DNA from: Euprymna scolopes
Lineage: Eukaryota
NCBI GenBank assembly: GCA_053919585.1
Contig: CM132807.1
Length of the DNA stretch: 64,000 bases
Reading direction: 5' to 3' (one strand)
Of this stretch, positions 15,001 to 30,000 are shown one piece after another. A program made the translations under genes and the position numbers. Position 1 is the stretch's first letter. Each line of letters starts with the position of its first letter. The notes under the pieces were generated by a model. The model was not told the origin of the DNA, searched no databases, and was given only the letters and a program-made list of their open reading frames with translations.

Positions 15001-18000
15001 CTAAAAAAGACGTAATGATAAAAAAAGATGTAATACTAAAAAAGAGGTAATGATAAAAAAAGATGTAATACTAAAAAAGACGTAATGAAAAAACAAGATG
15101 TAATACTAAAAAAGACGTAATGATAAAAAAAGATGTAATGATAAAAAAGACGTAATGATAGAAAAGATGTAATACTAAAAAAGACGTAATGATAAAAAAA
15201 GATGTAATACTAAAAAAGACGTAATGATAAAAAAGATGTAATACTAAAAAGACGTAATGATAAAAAAAGATGTAACACTAAAAAAGATGTAATGAAAAAA
15301 AAGATGTAATACTAAAAAAGACGTAATGATAAAAAAGGTGTAATACTAAAAAAGACGTAATGATAAAAAAGATGTAATACTAAAAAAGACGTAATGATAA
15401 AAAAGATGTAATACTAAAACACGTAATGATAAAAAAGATGTAATACTAAAAAGACGTAATGATAAAAAAGATGTAATACTAAACAAGACGTAATGATAAA
15501 AAAAGGTGTAATACCAAAAAAGACGTAATGATAAAAAGATGTAATACTAAAAAAGACGTAATGATAAAAAAAGATGTAATACTAAAAAAGACGTAATGAA
15601 AAAAAAGATGTAATACTAAAAAAGACGTAATGATAAAAAAAGATGTAATACTAAAAAAGACGTAATGAAAAAAAAAGATGTAATACTAAAAAAGACGTAA
15701 TTATAAAAAAGATGTAATACTAAAAAAGACGTAATGATAAAAACGATGTAATACTAAAAAAGACGTAATGATAAAAAAAGATGTAATACTAAAAAAGACG
15801 TAATGATAAAAAAGATGTAATACTAAAAAAGACGTAATGATAAAAAAGATGTAATACTAAAAAAGACGTAATGATAGAAAAGATGTAATACTAAAAAAGA
15901 CGTAATGATAAAAAAAGGTGTAATACTAAAAAAGACGTAATGATAAAAAAGATGTAATACTAAAAAGACGTAATGATAAAAAAAGATGTAACACTAAAAA
16001 AGATGTAATGAAAAAAAAAGATGTAATACTAAAAAAGACGTAATGATAAAAAAAGATGTAATACTAAAAAAGACGTAATGATAAAAAAGATGTAATGATA
16101 AAAAAGATGTAATACTAAAAAAGACGTAATGATAAACAAGATGTAATACTAAAAAAGACGTAATGAAAAAAGATGTAATACTAAAAAAGACATAATGATA
16201 AAAAAGATGTAATACTAAAAAAGACGTAATGATAAAAAAGATGTAATACTAAAAAAGACGTAATGAAAAAACAAGATGTAATACTAAAAAGACGTAATGA
16301 TAAAAAAAGATGTAATACTAAAAAAGATGTAATGAAAAAAAAGATGTAATACTAAAAAAGACGTAATTATAAAAAAAAGATGTAATACTAAAAAATACGT
16401 AATGAAAAAAAGATGTAATACTAAAAAAGACGTAATGATAAAAAAAGATGTAATACTAAAAAAGACGTAATGATAAAAACAGATGTAATACTAAAAAAGA
16501 CGTAATAATAAAAAAGATGTAATACTAAAAAAGACGTAATGATAAAAAAAAGATGTAATACTAAAAAAGACGTAATGATAAAAAAAAGATGTAATACTAA
16601 AAAAGACGTAATGATAAAAAAACGTGTAATACTAAAAAAGACGTAATGATAAAAAAAGATGTAATACTAAAGACGTAATGAAAAAAAGATGTAATACTAA
16701 AAAAGACGTAATGATAAAAAAAGATGTAATACTAAAAAAGACGTAATGAAAAAAAAAGATGTAATACTAAAAAAGACGTAATTATAAAAAAGATGTAATA
16801 CTAAAAAAGACGTAATGATAAAAACGATGTAATACTAAAAAAGACGTAATGATAAAAAAAGATGTAATACTAAAAAAGACGTAATGATAAAAAAGATGTA
16901 ATACTAAAAAAGACGTAATGATAAAAAAGATGTAATACTAAAAAAGACGTAATGATAGAAAAGATGTAATACTAAAAAAGACGTAATGATAAAAAAAGGT
17001 GTAATACTAAAAAAGACGTAATGATAAAAAAGATGTAATACTAAAAAGACGTAATGATAAAAAAAGATGTAACACTAAAAAAGATGTAATGAAAAAAAAA
17101 GATGTAATACTAAAAAAGACGTAATGATAAAAAAAGATGTAATACTAAAAAAGACGTAATGATAAAAAAGATGTAATGATAAAAAAGATGTAATACTAAA
17201 AAAGACGTAATGATAAACAAGATGTAATACTAAAAAAGACGTAATGAAAAAAGATGTAATACTAAAAAAGACATAATGATAAAAAAGATGTAATACTAAA
17301 AAAGACGTAATGATAAAAAAGATGTAATACTAAAAAAGACGTAATGAAAAAACAAGATGTAATACTAAAAAGACGTAATGATAAAAAAAGATGTAATACT
17401 AAAAAAGATGTAATGAAAAAAAAGATGTAATACTAAAAAAGACGTAATTATAAAAAAAAGATGTAATACTAAAAAATACGTAATGAAAAAAAGATGTAAT
17501 ACTAAAAAAGACGTAATGATAAAAAAAGATGTAATACTAAAAAAGACGTAATGATAAAAACAGATGTAATACTAAAAAAGACGTAATAATAAAAAAGATG
17601 TAATACTAAAAAAGACGTAATGATAAAAAAAAGATGTAATACTAAAAAAGACGTAATGATAAAAAAAAGATGTAATACTAAAAAAGACGTAATGATAAAA
17701 AAACGTGTAATACTAAAAAAGACGTAATGATAAAAAAAGATGTAATACTAAAGACGTAATGAAAAAAAGATGTAATACTAAAAAAGACGTAATGATAAAA
17801 AAAGATGTAATACTAAAAAAGACGTAATGATAAAAAAAGATGTAATACTAAAAAAGACGTAATGAAAAAAAAGATGTAATACTAAAAAAGACGTAATGAT
17901 AAAAAAAGATGTAATACTAAAAAAGACGTAATGAAAAAAAAGATGTAATTATAAAAATTATAAAATGTAATACTAAAAAAGACGTAATTATAAAAAAAGA

Positions 18001-21000
18001 TGTAATACTAAAAAAGACGTAATGATAAAAAAGATGTAATACTAAAAAAGACGTAATGATAAAAAAGATGTAATACTAAAAAAGACGTAATGATAAAAAA
18101 GATGTAATACTAAAAAAGACGTAATGATAGAAAAGATGTAATACTAAAAAAGACGTAATGATAAAAAAAGATGTAATACTAAAAAAGACGTAATGATAAA
18201 AAAGATGTAATACTAAAAAGACGTAATGATAAAAAAAGATGTAATACTAAAAAAGACGTAATGATAAAAAAGATGTAATACTAAAAAAGACGTAATTATA
18301 AAAAAAGATGTAATACTAAAAAAGACTTAATGATAAAAAAGATGTAATACTAAAAAAGACGTAATGATAAAAAAAGATGTAATACTAAAAAAGACGTAAT
18401 GATAAAAAAAGATGTAATACTAAAAAAGACGTAATGAAAAAACAAGATGTAATACTAAAAAAGACGTAATGATAAAAAAGATGTAATGATAAAAAAGACG
18501 TAATGATAGAAAAGATGTAATACTAAAAAAGACGTAATGATAAAAAAAGATGTAATACTAAAAAAGACGTAATGATAAAAAAGATGTAATACTAAAAAGA
18601 CGTAATGATAAAAAAAGATGTAACACTAAAAAAGATGTAATGAAAAAAAAGATGTAATACTAAAAAAGACGTAATGATAAAAAAAACGTGTAATACTAAA
18701 AAAGACGTAATGATAAAAAAGATGTAATACTAAAAAAGACGTAATGATAAAAAAGACGTAATGATAGAAAAGATGTAATACTAAAAAAGACGTAATGATA
18801 AAAAAAGATGTAATACTAAAAAAGACGTAATGATAAAAAAGATGTAATACTAAAAAGACGTAATGATAAAAAAAGATGTAACACTAAAAAAGATGTAATG
18901 AAAAAAAAGATGTAATACTAAAAAAGACGTAATGATAACAAAAACGTGTAATACTAAAAAAGACGTAATGATAAAAAAGATGTAATACTAAAAAAGACGT
19001 AATGATAAAAAAGATATAATACTAAAACACGTAATGATAATAAAGATGTAATACTAAAAAGACGTAATGATAAAAAAGATGTAATACTAAAAAAGACGTA
19101 ATGATAAAAAAAGGTGTAATACCAAAAAAGACGTAATGATAAAAAGATGTAATACTAAAAAAGACGTAATAATAAAAAAGATGTAATACTAAAAAAGACG
19201 TAATGATAAAAAAAAGATGTAATACTAAAAAAGACGTAATGATAAAAAAAAGATGTAATACTAAAAAAGACGTAATGATAAAAAAAGATGTAATACTAAA
19301 AAAGACGTAATGATAAAAAAAGATGTAATACTAAAAAAGACGTAATGAAAAAAAAGATGTAATACTAAAAAAGACGTAAAGATAAAAAAAGATGTAATAC
19401 TAAAAAAGACGTAATGAAAAAAAAGATGTAATACTAAAAAAGACGTAATTATAAAAAAGATGTAATACTAAAAAAGACGTAATGATAAAAAAGATGTAAT
19501 ACTAAAAATGACGTAATGATAAAAAAAGATGTAATACTAAAAAAGACGTAATGATAAAAAAGATGTAATACTAAAAAAGACGTAATGATAGAAAAGATGT
19601 AATACTAAAAAAGACGTAATGATAAAAAAAGATGTAATACTAAAAAAGACGTAATGATAAAAAAGATGTAATACTAAAAAGACGTAATGATAAAAAAAGA
19701 TGTAACACTAAAAAAGATGTAATGAAAAAACAAGATGTAATACTAAAAAGACGTAATGATAAAAAAAGATGTAATACTAAAAAAGATGTAATGAAAAAAA
19801 AGATGTAATACTAAAAAAGACGTAATGAAAAAAAAGATGTAATACTAAAAAAGACGTAATTATAAAAAAAAGATGTAATACTAAAAAATACGTAATGAAA
19901 AAAAGATGTAATACTAAAAAAGACGTAGTGATAAAAAAAGATGTAATACTAAAAAAGACGTAATGATAAAAACAGATGTAATACTAAAAAGACGTAATGA
20001 TAGAAAAGATGTAATACTAAAAAAGACGTAATGATAAAAAAAGATGTAATACTAAAAAAGACGTAATGATAAAAAAGGTGTAATACTAAAAAGACGTAAT
20101 GATAAAAAAAGATGTAATACTAAAAAAGACGTAATGATAAAAAAGATGTAATACTAAAAAAGACGTAATTATAAAAAAAGATGTAATACTAAAAAAGACG
20201 TAATGATAAAAAAGATGTAATACTAAAAAAGACGTAATGATAAAAAAAGATGTAATACTAAAAAAGACGTAATGATAAAAAAAGATGTAATACTAAAAAA
20301 GACGTAATGAAAAAACAAGATGTAATACTAAAAAAGACGTAATGATAAAAAAAGCTGTAATGACAAAAAAGACGTAATGATAGAAAAGATGTAATACTAA
20401 AAAAGACGTAATGATAAAAAAAGATGTAATACTAAAAAAGACGTAATGATAAAAAAGATGTAATACTAAAAAGACGTAATGATAAAAAAAGATGTAACAC
20501 TAAAAAAGATGTAATGAAAAAAAAGATGTAATACTAAAAAAGACGTAATGATAAAAAAAACGTGTAATACTAAAAAAGACGTAATGATAAAAAAGATGTA
20601 ATACTAAAAAAGACGTAATGATAAAAAAGATGTAATACTAAAACACGTAATGATAATAAAGATGTAATACTAAAAAGACGTAATGATAAAAAAGATGTAA
20701 TACTAAAAAAGACGTAATGATAAAAAAACGTGTAATACTAAAAAAGACGTAATGATAAAAAAGATGTAATACTAAAAAAGACGTAATGAAAAAAAGATGT
20801 AATACTAAAAAAGACGTAATGATAAAAATAGATGTAATACTAAAAAAGACGTAATGATAAAAAAGATGTAATACTAAAAAGACGTAATGATAAAAAAAGA
20901 TGTAACACTAAAAAAGATGTAATGAAAAAAAAAGATGTAATACTAAAAAGACGTAATGATAAAAAAAGATGTAACACTAAAAAAGATGTAATGAAAAAAA

Positions 21001-24000
21001 AGATGTAACACTAAAAAAGACGTAATTATAAAAAAAGATGTAAAAAAAAAAAGACGTAATTATAAAAAAAGATGTAAAAAAAATGTAAAAAGATGTAATA
21101 CTAAAAAAGACGTAATTAAAAAAAAAGATGTAATACTAAAAAAGACGTAATGATAAAAAAGATGTAATACTAAAAAAGACGTAATGATAAAAAAGATGTA
21201 ATACTAAAAAAGACGTAATGATAAAAAAGATGTAATACTAAAAAGACGTAATGATAAAAAAGATGTAATACTAAAAAAGACGTAATGATAAAAAAAGGTG
21301 TAATACCAAAAAAGACGTAATGATAAAAAGATGTAATACTAAAAAAGACGTAATAATAAAAAAGATGTAATACTAAAAAAGACGTAATAATAAAAAAAAG
21401 ATGTAATACTAAAAAAGACGTAATGATAAAAAAAAGATGTAATACTAAAAAAGACGTAATGATAAAAAAACGTGTAATACTAAAAAAGACGTAACGATAA
21501 AAAAAGATGTAATACTAAAAAAGACGTAATGAAAAAAAAGATGTAATACTAAAAAAGACGTAATGATAAAAAAAGATGTAATACTAAAAAAGACGTAATG
21601 AAAAAAAAGATGTAATACTAAAAAAGACGTAATTATAAAAAAAGATGTAATACTAAAAAAGACGTAATGATAAAAAAGATGTAATACTAAAAAAGACGTA
21701 ATGATAAAAAAAGATGTAATACTAAAAAAGACGTAATGATAAAAAAGATGTAATACTAAAAAAGACGTAATGATAGAAAAGATGTAATACTAAAAAAGAC
21801 GTAATGATAAAAATAGATGTAATACTAAAAAAGACGTAATGATAAAAAAGATGTAATACTAAAAAGACGTAATGATAAAAAAAGATGTAACACTAAAAAA
21901 GATGTAATGAAAAAAAAAGATGTAATACTAAAAAGACGTAATGATAAAAAAAGATGTAACACTAAAAAAGATGTAATGATAAAAAAAGATGTAATACTAA
22001 AAAAGACGTAATGATAAAAAAAGATGTAATACTAAAAAAGACGTAATGAAAAAAAAGATGTAATACTAAAAAAGACGTAATGATAAAAAAAGATGTAATA
22101 CTAAAAAAGACGTAATGAAAAAAAAGATGTAATTATAAAAATTATAAAATGTAATACTAAAAAAGACGTAATTATAAAAAAAGATGTAATACTAAAAAAG
22201 ACGTAATGATAAAAAAGATGTAATACTAAAAAAGACGTAATGATAAAAAAGATGTAATACTAAAAAAGACGTAATGATAAAAAAGATGTAATACTAAAAA
22301 AGACGTAATGATAGAAAAGATGTAATACTAAAAAAGACGTAATGATAAAAAAAGATGTAATACTAAAAAAGACGTAATGATAAAAAAGATGTAATACTAA
22401 AAAGACGTAATAGTAAAAAAAGATGTAATACTAAAAAAGACGTAATGATAACAAAGATGTAATACTAAAAAAGACGTAATTATAAAAAAAGATGTAATAC
22501 TAAAAAAGACTTAATGATAAAAAAGATGTAATACTAAAAAAGACGTAATGATAAAAAAAGATGTAATACTAAAAAAGACGTAATGATAAAAAAAGATGTA
22601 ATACTAAAAAAGACGTAATGAAAAAACAAGATGTAATACTAAAAAAGACGTAATGATAAAAAAGATGTAATGATAAAAAAGACGTAATTATAGAAAAGAT
22701 GTAATACTAAAAAAGAGGTAATTATAAAAAAAGATGTAATACTAAAAAAGACGTAATGATAAAAAAGATGTAATACTAAAAAGACGTAATGATAAAAAAA
22801 GATGTAACACTAAAAAAGATGTAATGAAAAAAAAGATGTAATACTAAAAAAGACGTAATGATAAAAAAAACGTGTAATACTAAAAAAGACGTAATGATAA
22901 AAAAGATGTAATACTAAAAAAGACGTAATGATAAAAAAGACGTAATGATAGAAAAGATGTAATACTAAAAAAGACGTAATGATAAAAAAAGATGTAATAC
23001 TAAAAAAGACGTAATGATAAAAAAGATGTAATACTAAAAAGACGTAATGATAAAAAAAGATGTAACACTAAAAAAGATGTAATGAAAAAAAAGATGTAAT
23101 ACTAAAAAAGACGTAATGATAAAAAAAACGTGTAATACTAAAAAAGACGTAATGATAAAAAAGATGTAATACTAAAAAAGACGTAATGATAAAAAAGATG
23201 TAATACTAAAACACGTAATGATAATAAAGATGTAATACTAAAAAGACGTAATGATAAAAAAGATGTAATACTAAAAAAGACGTAATGATAAAAAAAGGTG
23301 TAATACCAAAAAAGACGTAATGATAAAAAGATGTAATACTAAAAAAGACGTAATAATAAAAAAGATGTAATACTAAAAAAGACGTAATGATAAAAAAAAG
23401 ATGTAATACTAAAAAAGACGTAATGATAAAAAAAAGATGTAATACTAAAAAAGACGTAATGATAAAAAAAGATGTAATACTAAAAAAGACGTAATGATAA
23501 AAAAAGATGTAATACTAAAAAAGACGTAATGAAAAAAAAGATGTAATACTAAAAAAGACGTAAAGATAAAAAAAGATGTAATACTAAAAAAGACGTAATG
23601 AAAAAAAAGATGTAATACTAAAACAGACGTAATTATAAAAAAAGATGTAATACTAAAAAAGACGTAATGATAAAAAAGATGTAATACTAAAAAAGACGTA
23701 ATGATAAAAAAAGATGTAATACTAAAAAAGACGTAATGATAAAAAAGATTTAATACTAAAAAAGACGTAATGATAGAAAAGATGTAATACTAAAAAAGAC
23801 GTAATGATAAAAAAAGATGTAATACTAAAAAAGACGTAATGATAAAAAAGATGTAATACTAAAAAGACGTAATGATAAAAAAAGATGTAACACTAAAAAA
23901 GATGTAATGAAAAAACAAGATGTAATACTAAAAAGACGTAATGATAAAAAAAGATGTAATACTAAAAAAGATGTAATGAAAAAAAAGATGTAATACTAAA

Positions 24001-27000
24001 AAAGACGTAATGAAAAAAAAGATGTAATACTAAAAAAGACGTAATTATAAAAAAAAGATGTAATACTAAAAAATACGTAATGAAAAAAAGATGTAATACT
24101 AAAAAAGACGTAATGATAAAAAAAGATGTAATACTAAAAAAGACGTAATGATAAAAACAGATGTAATACTAAAAAAGACGTAATGAAAAAAAGATGTAAT
24201 TATAAAAATTATAAAATGTAATACTAAAAAAGACGTAATTATAAAAAAAGATGTAATACTAAAAAAGACGTAATGATAAAAAAAGATGTAATACTAAAAA
24301 AGACGTAATGATAAAAAAAGATGTAATACTAAAAAAGACGTAATGATAAAAAAGATGTAATACTAAAAAAGACGTAATGAAAAAACAAGATGTAATACTA
24401 AAAAAGACGTAATGATAAAAAAAGATGTAATACTAAAAAAGACGTAATGATAAAAAAAGATGTAATACTAAAAAAGACGTAATGATAAAAAAGATGTAAT
24501 ACTAAAAAAGACGTAATGATAAAAAAGATGTAATACTAAAAAGACGTAATGATAGAAAAGATGTAATACTAAAAAAGACGTAATGATAAAAAAAGATGTA
24601 ATACTAAAAAAGACGTAATGATAAAAAAGATGTAATACTAAAAAGACGTAATGATAAAAAAGATGTAATACTAAAAAAGACGTAATGATAAAAAAGATGT
24701 AATACTAAAAAAGACGTAATTATAAAAAAAGATGTAATACTAAAAAAGACGTAATGATAAAAAAGATGTAATACTAAAAAAGACGTAATGATAAAAAAAG
24801 ATGTAATACTAAAAAAGACGTAATGATAAAAAAAGATGTAATACTAAAAAAGACGTAATGAAAAAACAAGATGTAATACTAAAAAAGACGTAATGATAAA
24901 AAAAGATGTAATGATAAAAAAGACGTAATGATAGAAAAGATGTAATACTAAAAAAGACGTAATGATAAAAAAAGATGTAATACTAAAAAAGACGTAATGA
25001 TAAAAAAGATGTAATACTAAAAAGACGTAATGATAAAAAAAGATGTAACACTAAAAAAGATGTAATGAAAAAAAAGATGTAATACTAAAAAAGACGTAAT
25101 GATAAAAAAACGTGTAATACTAAAAAAGACGTAATGATAAAAAAGATGTAATACTAAAAAAGACGTAATTATAAAAAAGATGTAATACTAAAACACGTAA
25201 TGATAATAAAGATGTAATACTAAAAAGACGTAATGATAAAAAAGATGTAATACTAAAAAAGACGTAATGATAAAAAAACGTGTAATACTAAAAAAGACGT
25301 AATGATAAAAAAGATGTAATACTAAAAAAGACGTAATGAAAAAAAGATGTAATACTAAAAAAGACGTAATGATAAAAAAAGATGTAATACTAAAAAAGAC
25401 GTAATGATAAAAATAGATGTAATACTAAAAAAGACGTAATGATAAAAAAGATGTAATACTAAAAAGACGTAATGATAAAAAAAGATGTAACACTAAAAAA
25501 GATGTAATGAAAAAAAAAGATGTAATACTAAAAAGACGTAATGATAAAAAAAGATGTAACACTAAAAAAGATGTAATGAAAAAAAAGATGTAACACTAAA
25601 AAAGACGTAATTATAAAAAAAGATGTAAAAAAAAAAGACGTAATTATAAAAAAAGATGTAAAAAAATGTAAAAAGATGTAATACTAAAAAAGACGTAATT
25701 AAAAAAAAAGATGTAATACTAAAAAAGACGTAATGATAAAAAAGATGTAATACTAAAAAAGACGTAATGAAAAAAAGATGTAATACTAAAAAAGACGTAA
25801 TGATAAAAAAAGATGTAATACTAAAAAAGACGTAATGATAAAAACAGATGTAATACTAAAAAAGACGTAATGAAAAAAAGATGTAATTATAAAAATTATA
25901 AAATGTAATACTAAAAAAGACGTAATTATAAAAAAAGATGTAATACTAAAAAAGACGTAATGATAAAAAAAGATGTAATACTAAAAAAGACGTAATGATA
26001 AAAAAAGATGTAATACTAAAAAAGACGTAATGATAAAAAAGATGTAATACTAAAAAAGACGTAATGAAAAAACAAGATGTAATACTAAAAAAGACGTAAT
26101 GATAAAAAAAGATGTAATACTAAAAAAGACGTAATGATAAAAAAAGATGTAATACTAAAAAAGACGTAATGATAAAAAAGATGTAATACTAAAAAAGACG
26201 TAATGATAAAAAAGATGTAATACTAAAAAGACGTAATGATAGAAAAGATGTAATACTAAAAAAGACGTAATGATAAAAAAAGATGTAATACTAAAAAAGA
26301 CGTAATGATAAAAAAGATGTAATACTAAAAAGACGTAATGATAAAAAAAGATGTAATACTAAAAAAGACGTAATGATAAAAAAGATGTAATACTAAAAAA
26401 GACGTAATTATAAAAAAAGATGTAATACTAAAAAAGACGTAATGATAAAAAAGATGTAATACTAAAAAAGACGTAATGATAAAAAAAGATGTAATACTAA
26501 AAAAGACGTAATGATAAAAAAAGATGTAATACTAAAAAAGACGTAATGAAAAAACAAGATGTAATACTAAAAAAGACGTAATGATAAAAAAAGATGTAAT
26601 GATAAAAAAGACGTAATGATAGAAAAGATGTAATACTAAAAAAGACGTAATGATAAAAAAAGATGTAATACTAAAAAAGACGTAATGATAAAAAAGATGT
26701 AATACTAAAAAGACGTAATGATAAAAAAAGATGTAACACTAAAAAAGATGTAATGAAAAAAAAGATGTAATACTAAAAAAGACGTAATGATAAAAAAAAC
26801 GTGTAATACTAAAAAAGACGTAATGATAAAAAAGATGTAATACTAAAAAAGACGTAATGATAAAAAAGATGTAATACTAAAACACGTAATGATAATAAAG
26901 ATGTAATACTAAAAAGACGTAATGATAAAAAAGATGTAATACTAAAAAAGACGTAATGATAAAAAAACGTGTAATACTAAAAAAGACGTAATGATAAAAA

Positions 27001-30000
27001 AGATGTAATACTAAAAAAGACGTAATGAAAAAAAGATGTAATACTAAAAAAGACGTAATGATAAAAAAAGATGTAATACTAAAAAAGACATAATGATAAA
27101 AATAGATGTAATACTAAAAAAGACGTAATGATAAAAAAGATGTAATACTAAAAAGACGTAATGATAAAAAAAGATGTAACACTAAAAAAGATGTAATGAA
27201 AAAAAAAGATGTAATACTAAAAAGACGTAATGATAAAAAAAGATGTAACACTAAAAAAGATGTAATGAAAAAAAAGATGTAACACTAAAAAAGACGTAAT
27301 TATAAAAAAAGATGTAAAAAAAAAAGACGTAATTATAAAAAAAGATGTAAAAAAAATGTAAAAAGATGTAATACTAAAAAAGACGTAATTAAAAAAAAAG
27401 ATGTAATACTAAAAAAGACGTAATGATAAAAAAGATGTAATACTAAAAAAGACGTAATGATAAAAAAAGATGTAATACTAAAAAAGACGTAATGATAAAA
27501 AAGATGTAACACTAAAAAAGACGTAATGAAAAAAAAGATGTAATACTAAAAAGACGTAATGATAAAAAAGATGTAATACTAAAAAAGACGTAATGATAAA
27601 AAAAGGTGTAATACCAAAAAAGACGTAATGATAAAAAGATGTAATACTAAAAAAGACGTAATAATAAAAAAGATGTAATACTAAAAAAGACGTAATAATA
27701 AAAAAAAGATGTAATACTAAAAAAGACGTAATGATAAAAAAAAGATGTAATACTAAAAAAGACGTAATGATAAAAAAACGTGTAATACTAAAAAAGACGT
27801 AATGATAAAAAAAGATGTAATACTAAAAAAGACGTAATGAAAAAAAAGATGTAATACTAAAAAAGACGTAATGATAAAAAAAGATGTAATACTAAAAAAG
27901 ACGTAATGAAAAAAAAGATGTAATACTAAAAAAGACGTAATTATAAAAAAAGATGTAATACTAAAAAAGACGTAATGATAAAAAAGATGTAATACTAAAA
28001 AAGACGTAATGATAGAAAAGATGTAATACTAAAAAAGACGTAATGATAGAAAAGATGTAATACTAAAAAAGACGTAATGATAAAAAAAGATGTAATACTA
28101 AAAAAGACGTAATGATAAAAAAGATGTAATACTAAAAAAGACGTAATGATAGAAAAGATGTAATACTAAAAAAGACGTAATGATAAAAATAGATGTAATA
28201 CTAAAAAAGACGTAATGATAAAAAAGATGTAATACTAAAAAGACGTAATGATAAAAAAAGATGTAACACTAAAAAAGATGTAATGAAAAAAAAAGATGTA
28301 ATACTAAAAAGACGTAATGATAAAAAAAGATGTAACACTAAAAAAGATGTAATGATAAAAAAAGATGTAATACTAAAAAAGACGTAATGATAAAAAAAGA
28401 TGTAATACTAAAAAAGACGTAATGATAAAAAAGATGTAATACTAAAAAGACGTAATGATAAAAAAAGATGTAATACTAAAAAAGACGTAATGATAAAAAA
28501 GATGTAATACTAAAAAAGTCGTAATTATAAAAAAAGATGTAATACTAAAAAAGACGTAATGATAAAAAAGATGTAATACTAAAAAAGACGTAATGATAAA
28601 AAAAGATGTAATACTAAAAAAGAGGTAATGATAAAAAAAGATGTAATACTAAAAAAGACGTAATGAAAAAACAAGATGTAATACTAAAAAAGACGTAATG
28701 ATAAAAAAAGATGTAATGATAAAAAAGACGTAATGATAGAAAAGATGTAATACTAAAAAAGACGTAATGATAAAAAAAGATGTAATACTAAAAAAGACGT
28801 AATGATAAAAAAGATGTAATACTAAAAAGACGTAATGATAAAAAAAGATGTAACACTAAAAAAGATGTAATGAAAAAAAAGATGTAATACTAAAAAAGAC
28901 GTAATGATAAAAAAAACGTGTAATACTAAAAAAGACGTAATGATAAAAAAGATGTAATACTAAAAAAGACGTAATGATAAAAAAGATGTAATACTAAAAC
29001 ACGTAATGATAATAAAGATGTAATACTAAAAAGACGTAATGATAAAAAAGATGTAATACTAAAAAAGACGTAATGATAAAAAAACGTGTAATACTAAAAA
29101 AGACGTAATGATAAAAAAGATGTAATACTAAAAAAGACGTAATGAAAAAAAGATGTAATACTAAAAAAGACGTAATGATAAAAAAAGATGTAATACTAAA
29201 AAAGACATAATGATAAAAATAGATGTAATACTAAAAAAGACGTAATGATAAAAAAGATGTAATACTAAAAAGACGTAATGATAAAAAAAGATGTAACACT
29301 AAAAAAGATGTAATGAAAAAAAAAGATGTAATACTAAAAAGACGTAATGATAAAAAAAGATGTAACACTAAAAAAGATGTAATGAAAAAAAAGATGTAAC
29401 ACTAAAAAAGACGTAATTATAAAAAAAGATGTAAAAAAAAAAGACGTAATTATAAAAAAAGATGTAAAAAAAATGTAAAAAGATGTAATACTAAAAAAGA
29501 CGTAATTAAAAAAAAAGATGTAATACTAAAAAAGACGTAATGATAAAAAAGATGTAATACTAAAAAAGACGTAATGATAAAAAAAGATGTAATACTAAAA
29601 AAGACGTAATGATAAAAAAGATGTAACACTAAAAAAGACGTAATGAAAAAAAAGATGTAATACTAAAAAGACGTAATGATAAAAAAGATGTAATACTAAA
29701 AAAGACGTAATGATAAAAAAAGGTGTAATACCAAAAAAGACGTAATGATAAAAAGATGTAATACTAAAAAAGACGTAATAATAAAAAAGATGTAATACTA
29801 AAAAAGACGTAATAATAAAAAAAAGATGTAATACTAAAAAAGACGTAATGATAAAAAAAAGATGTAATACTAAAAAAGACGTAATGATAAAAAAACGTGT
29901 AATACTAAAAAAGACGTAATGATAAAAAAAGATGTAATACTAAAAAAGACGTAATGAAAAAAAAGATGTAATACTAAAAAAGACGTAATGATAAAAAAAG